Part shown: one piece after another, positions 61,697-64,000 of the stretch | How the letters are laid out: each line of letters starts with the position of its first letter | How positions within the stretch are numbered: the stretch's first letter is position 1 | NCBI RefSeq assembly: GCF_964188315.1 | Contig: NC_135663.1 | Coordinates: forward strand, 41,416,001 to 41,480,000 | DNA from: Podarcis muralis | Lineage: Eukaryota | DNA: 64,000 nucleotides | Reading direction: 5' to 3' | Program-made: the position numbers and the translations under genes | The notes under the pieces: generated by a model | What the model was told of the DNA's origin: nothing | Seen by the model: only the letters and a program-made list of their open reading frames with translations | Database searches by the model: none

Positions 61697-61946
61697 AAGA
61701 AGAGAAGAAGAGTTTGGATTTGATATCCCGCTTTATCACTACCCTAAGGAGTCTGAAAGCGGCTAAGATTCTCCTTTCCCTTCCTCCCCCACAACAAACA
61801 CTCTGTGAGGTGAGTGAGGCTGAGAGACTTCAGAGAAGTGTGACTAGCCCAAGGTCACCCAGCAGCTGCATGTGGAGGAGCGGAGACGCGAACCCGGTTC
61901 CCCAGATTACGAGACTACCGCTCTTAACCACTACACCACACTGGCT
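61697..61946 (-). mobile_element. Squam3C-like SINE, sense to PDGFC, about 160 nt upstream of exon 3
   Basis: Same consensus as the other two copies. TSD CATACAG at 61690-61696 and 61955-61961. Confidence 0.9.
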
Positions 61947-62305
61947 TTAATCACCATACAGGCTTTAATCACCTCCATGCTTTATTACTGTGTGGTCCTA
62001 GCTACTGTAGGGTCCACTACTGAAAAGTGACCATAAACATGGAACTTGTACACATTTCTGCTGCCAGGTTGTTGGCTAGAGCTGCTTGGTTGGGTTAGAG
62101 CACATCAGCCCATTTGTTGTTGTTGTTGTTCTACATTAGCTACCTGCTTGTTTCAGGTTTCCATTAAAGGGCCTTAGATGGCTTGGGACACCTCATTGCA
62201 TCACCTCATGCCCTGCTTTCAACACTAGAAATCTTGCTACAGGTGCATCCTCCAGATGTGCAATGCTGTCCACAGGATTTGTGCTCAACTACTACACAGT
62301 TTTTA

Positions 62306-62668
62306 GGGACACGGGTGGCGCTGTGGGTTAAACCACAGAGCCTAGGACTTGCCAATCAGAAGGTTCGAATCCCCACGATGGGGTGAGCCTCCATTGCTTG
62401 GTCCCTGCTCCTGCTAACCTAGCAGTTCGAAAGCAGGTCAAAGTGCAAGTAGATAAATAGGTACCGCTCCTGCGGGAAGGTAAATGGTGTTTCCGTGCAC
62501 TGTTCTGGTTCGCCAGAGGCGGCTTAGTCATGCTGGCCACATGACCCGGAAGCTGTACGCCGGCTTCCTCAGCCAATAAAGCGAGATGAGCGCCGCAACC
62601 CCAGAGTCGGTCACGACTGGACCTAATGGTCAGGGGTCCCTTTACTTTACTTTACTTTACTTTACTTT
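62306..62668 (+). mobile_element. Sauria SINE with a (TTTAC)n tail, antisense in PDGFC intron 2
   Basis: Podarcis-type consensus. TSD ACTACACAGTTTT at 62291-62303 and 62669-62681. Confidence 0.95.
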
Positions 62669-63129
62669 ACTACACAGTTTTAGTACCAGATGAAATGCTG
62701 ACACTTTTGGGTGACTGTTAAACTGAATTTGCTTCTGTCTTTAGTTTAGCCTTGTTTTTGTTATGGCTAGCATTATGGATATTTACCCTGTTATTCATTC
62801 TTGCTTTTTTGTTTTGTTTTTGCTTATGTTTGTAGTTTATCTTTTCCTCTGCTGATTGTAGCTTATATTCTTTTAATTGATTTGTTCTTGGTTGTTTTAA
62901 TATTTGTATTTTGTAAACTGCCTTGAGTTATTTTTAAAAACTTAGTAAGCAAAGCTGTAATTTTGTTTTTAAACAACTCTGAATAAATAAAATGCAACTA
63001 AACTGAGGGTTCCATTTTTGTGTTTTCTCTCTTCTAAAGAGAGAGAAAAGACTTGCAGAACAGTTCTCCTGTCCACTTGGATGGGGCTGGGAATAATATT
63101 AGATAAGACAAAGGAATTCTGCCACAGCA

Positions 63130-63302
63130 TGTGGGATGGTCGAGTAGATACTTTGCATACTCAAAGTCCTAGGCTCAATTTACACAACTCCACCTGGAAA
63201 AGGATCTCAGGTAGTGGGACTGGAAATACCTCCACCTGAATTAGAGTAGTTGACTACATAGACAATAATCTGACTTGGCATAAAGCAGTTTCCCATGTTC
63301 CT
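63130..63302 (+). mobile_element. Old tRNA-derived SINE remnant (Squam2-like)
   Basis: TACTTTGCATACTCAAAGTCCTAGGCTCAAT...CAGGTAGTGGGACTGGAAA...TAGACAATA..TCTGACTTGGCATAAAGCAGTTTCCCATGTTCCTA. Confidence 0.55.
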
Positions 63303-64000
63303 AGTTTCTTTGCAATTAACGTGGAATGAAGAGCAATAGCAATCAGCAATTATTAGTTGTGCCTCACACCCTGCAATTTCAAGAGACTTGCCCTTCTCAC
63401 CCTTTGCATTTTGCAAAGGATGCAATGTAGAGAAGGCACAAGAGCTGCTTCCCAGAGTTCTAGGAAGCAGAAGTACTTAGTAAATCTTTTTAACTCCATT
63501 TTTTAAAAAGTATTATTTTGGATTTAATAAACAACACCAGTGTTTTCAAAATAGTGGTAGTTCTGAGGGCTACAGAAGGTGGGGTACAATGACTTGAAAA
63601 CACACCTTTGTTCCCTATATACATAGGACACAGTAGCTTTGGTCCTCACTTTTATTCCACAAATGGAATAGGGTTCACATTTGTGCCTTCTACATACGCC
63701 AAAAATCTACTCCTGAATATTGGAAGGTCCTTGGGAATCATTTTAGCTATGAAGAGGGGGTACAGCTGGTGGAAATCACCCCTACCCTTTACGTGAACAA
63801 AGAAGAACTCTGAATCCTAGCAAGTTAATATAATATTTCTTCAAAGATTACAGATGTCTGGCAAAAGTTTTCTTTTGAAAATTGCAAGAAAATGAATGTA
63901 TTGATTTGAAAATAGTGATTAACTAAAATATTGTAAATATAGATTAATGTTATGGCTGACAAATGTGCCTCTCATTATACTATTAACACTATTTATTTCA

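Noticed and set aside
48460-62668. Inverted SINE pair forming dsRNA in the PDGFC pre-mRNA
   Set aside because: Both intronic Sauria SINEs have the same orientation.

Overview
Vertebrate (squamate) genomic DNA, most likely from a lacertid lizard, judging by Podarcis-type Sauria SINEs and Squam3C-like SINEs. The only protein-coding gene I can support is the 3' part of PDGFC on the minus strand: coding exons 3-6 (61359-61539, 46911-47112/47118, 41675-41892, 40397-40513) plus a 3' UTR running to roughly 38.5 kb. Exons 1-2 lie beyond the right edge. Positions 1-38 kb are gene-poor and filled with transposable elements: a young 5'-truncated L2, an internally deleted L1 that retains both ends, SINEs, solo LTRs, CR1/L2 remnants and MITEs. 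Nearly all ORFs in the supplied track are spurious or TE-derived. Most notable observations: (1) the expected PDGFC exon 4 splice acceptor reads AA rather than AG, implying a 6-nt in-frame shift or a sequence error; (2) a 2.4-kb L1 derivative with intact termini and a 20-bp TSD lacks ORF1 and the RT core; (3) two TSD-less LTR-like elements share a covarying 5' hairpin; (4) a possible cryptic terminal exon in PDGFC intron 4 would give a CUB-only product. Family names and human/chicken comparisons are from memory, not from database searches.
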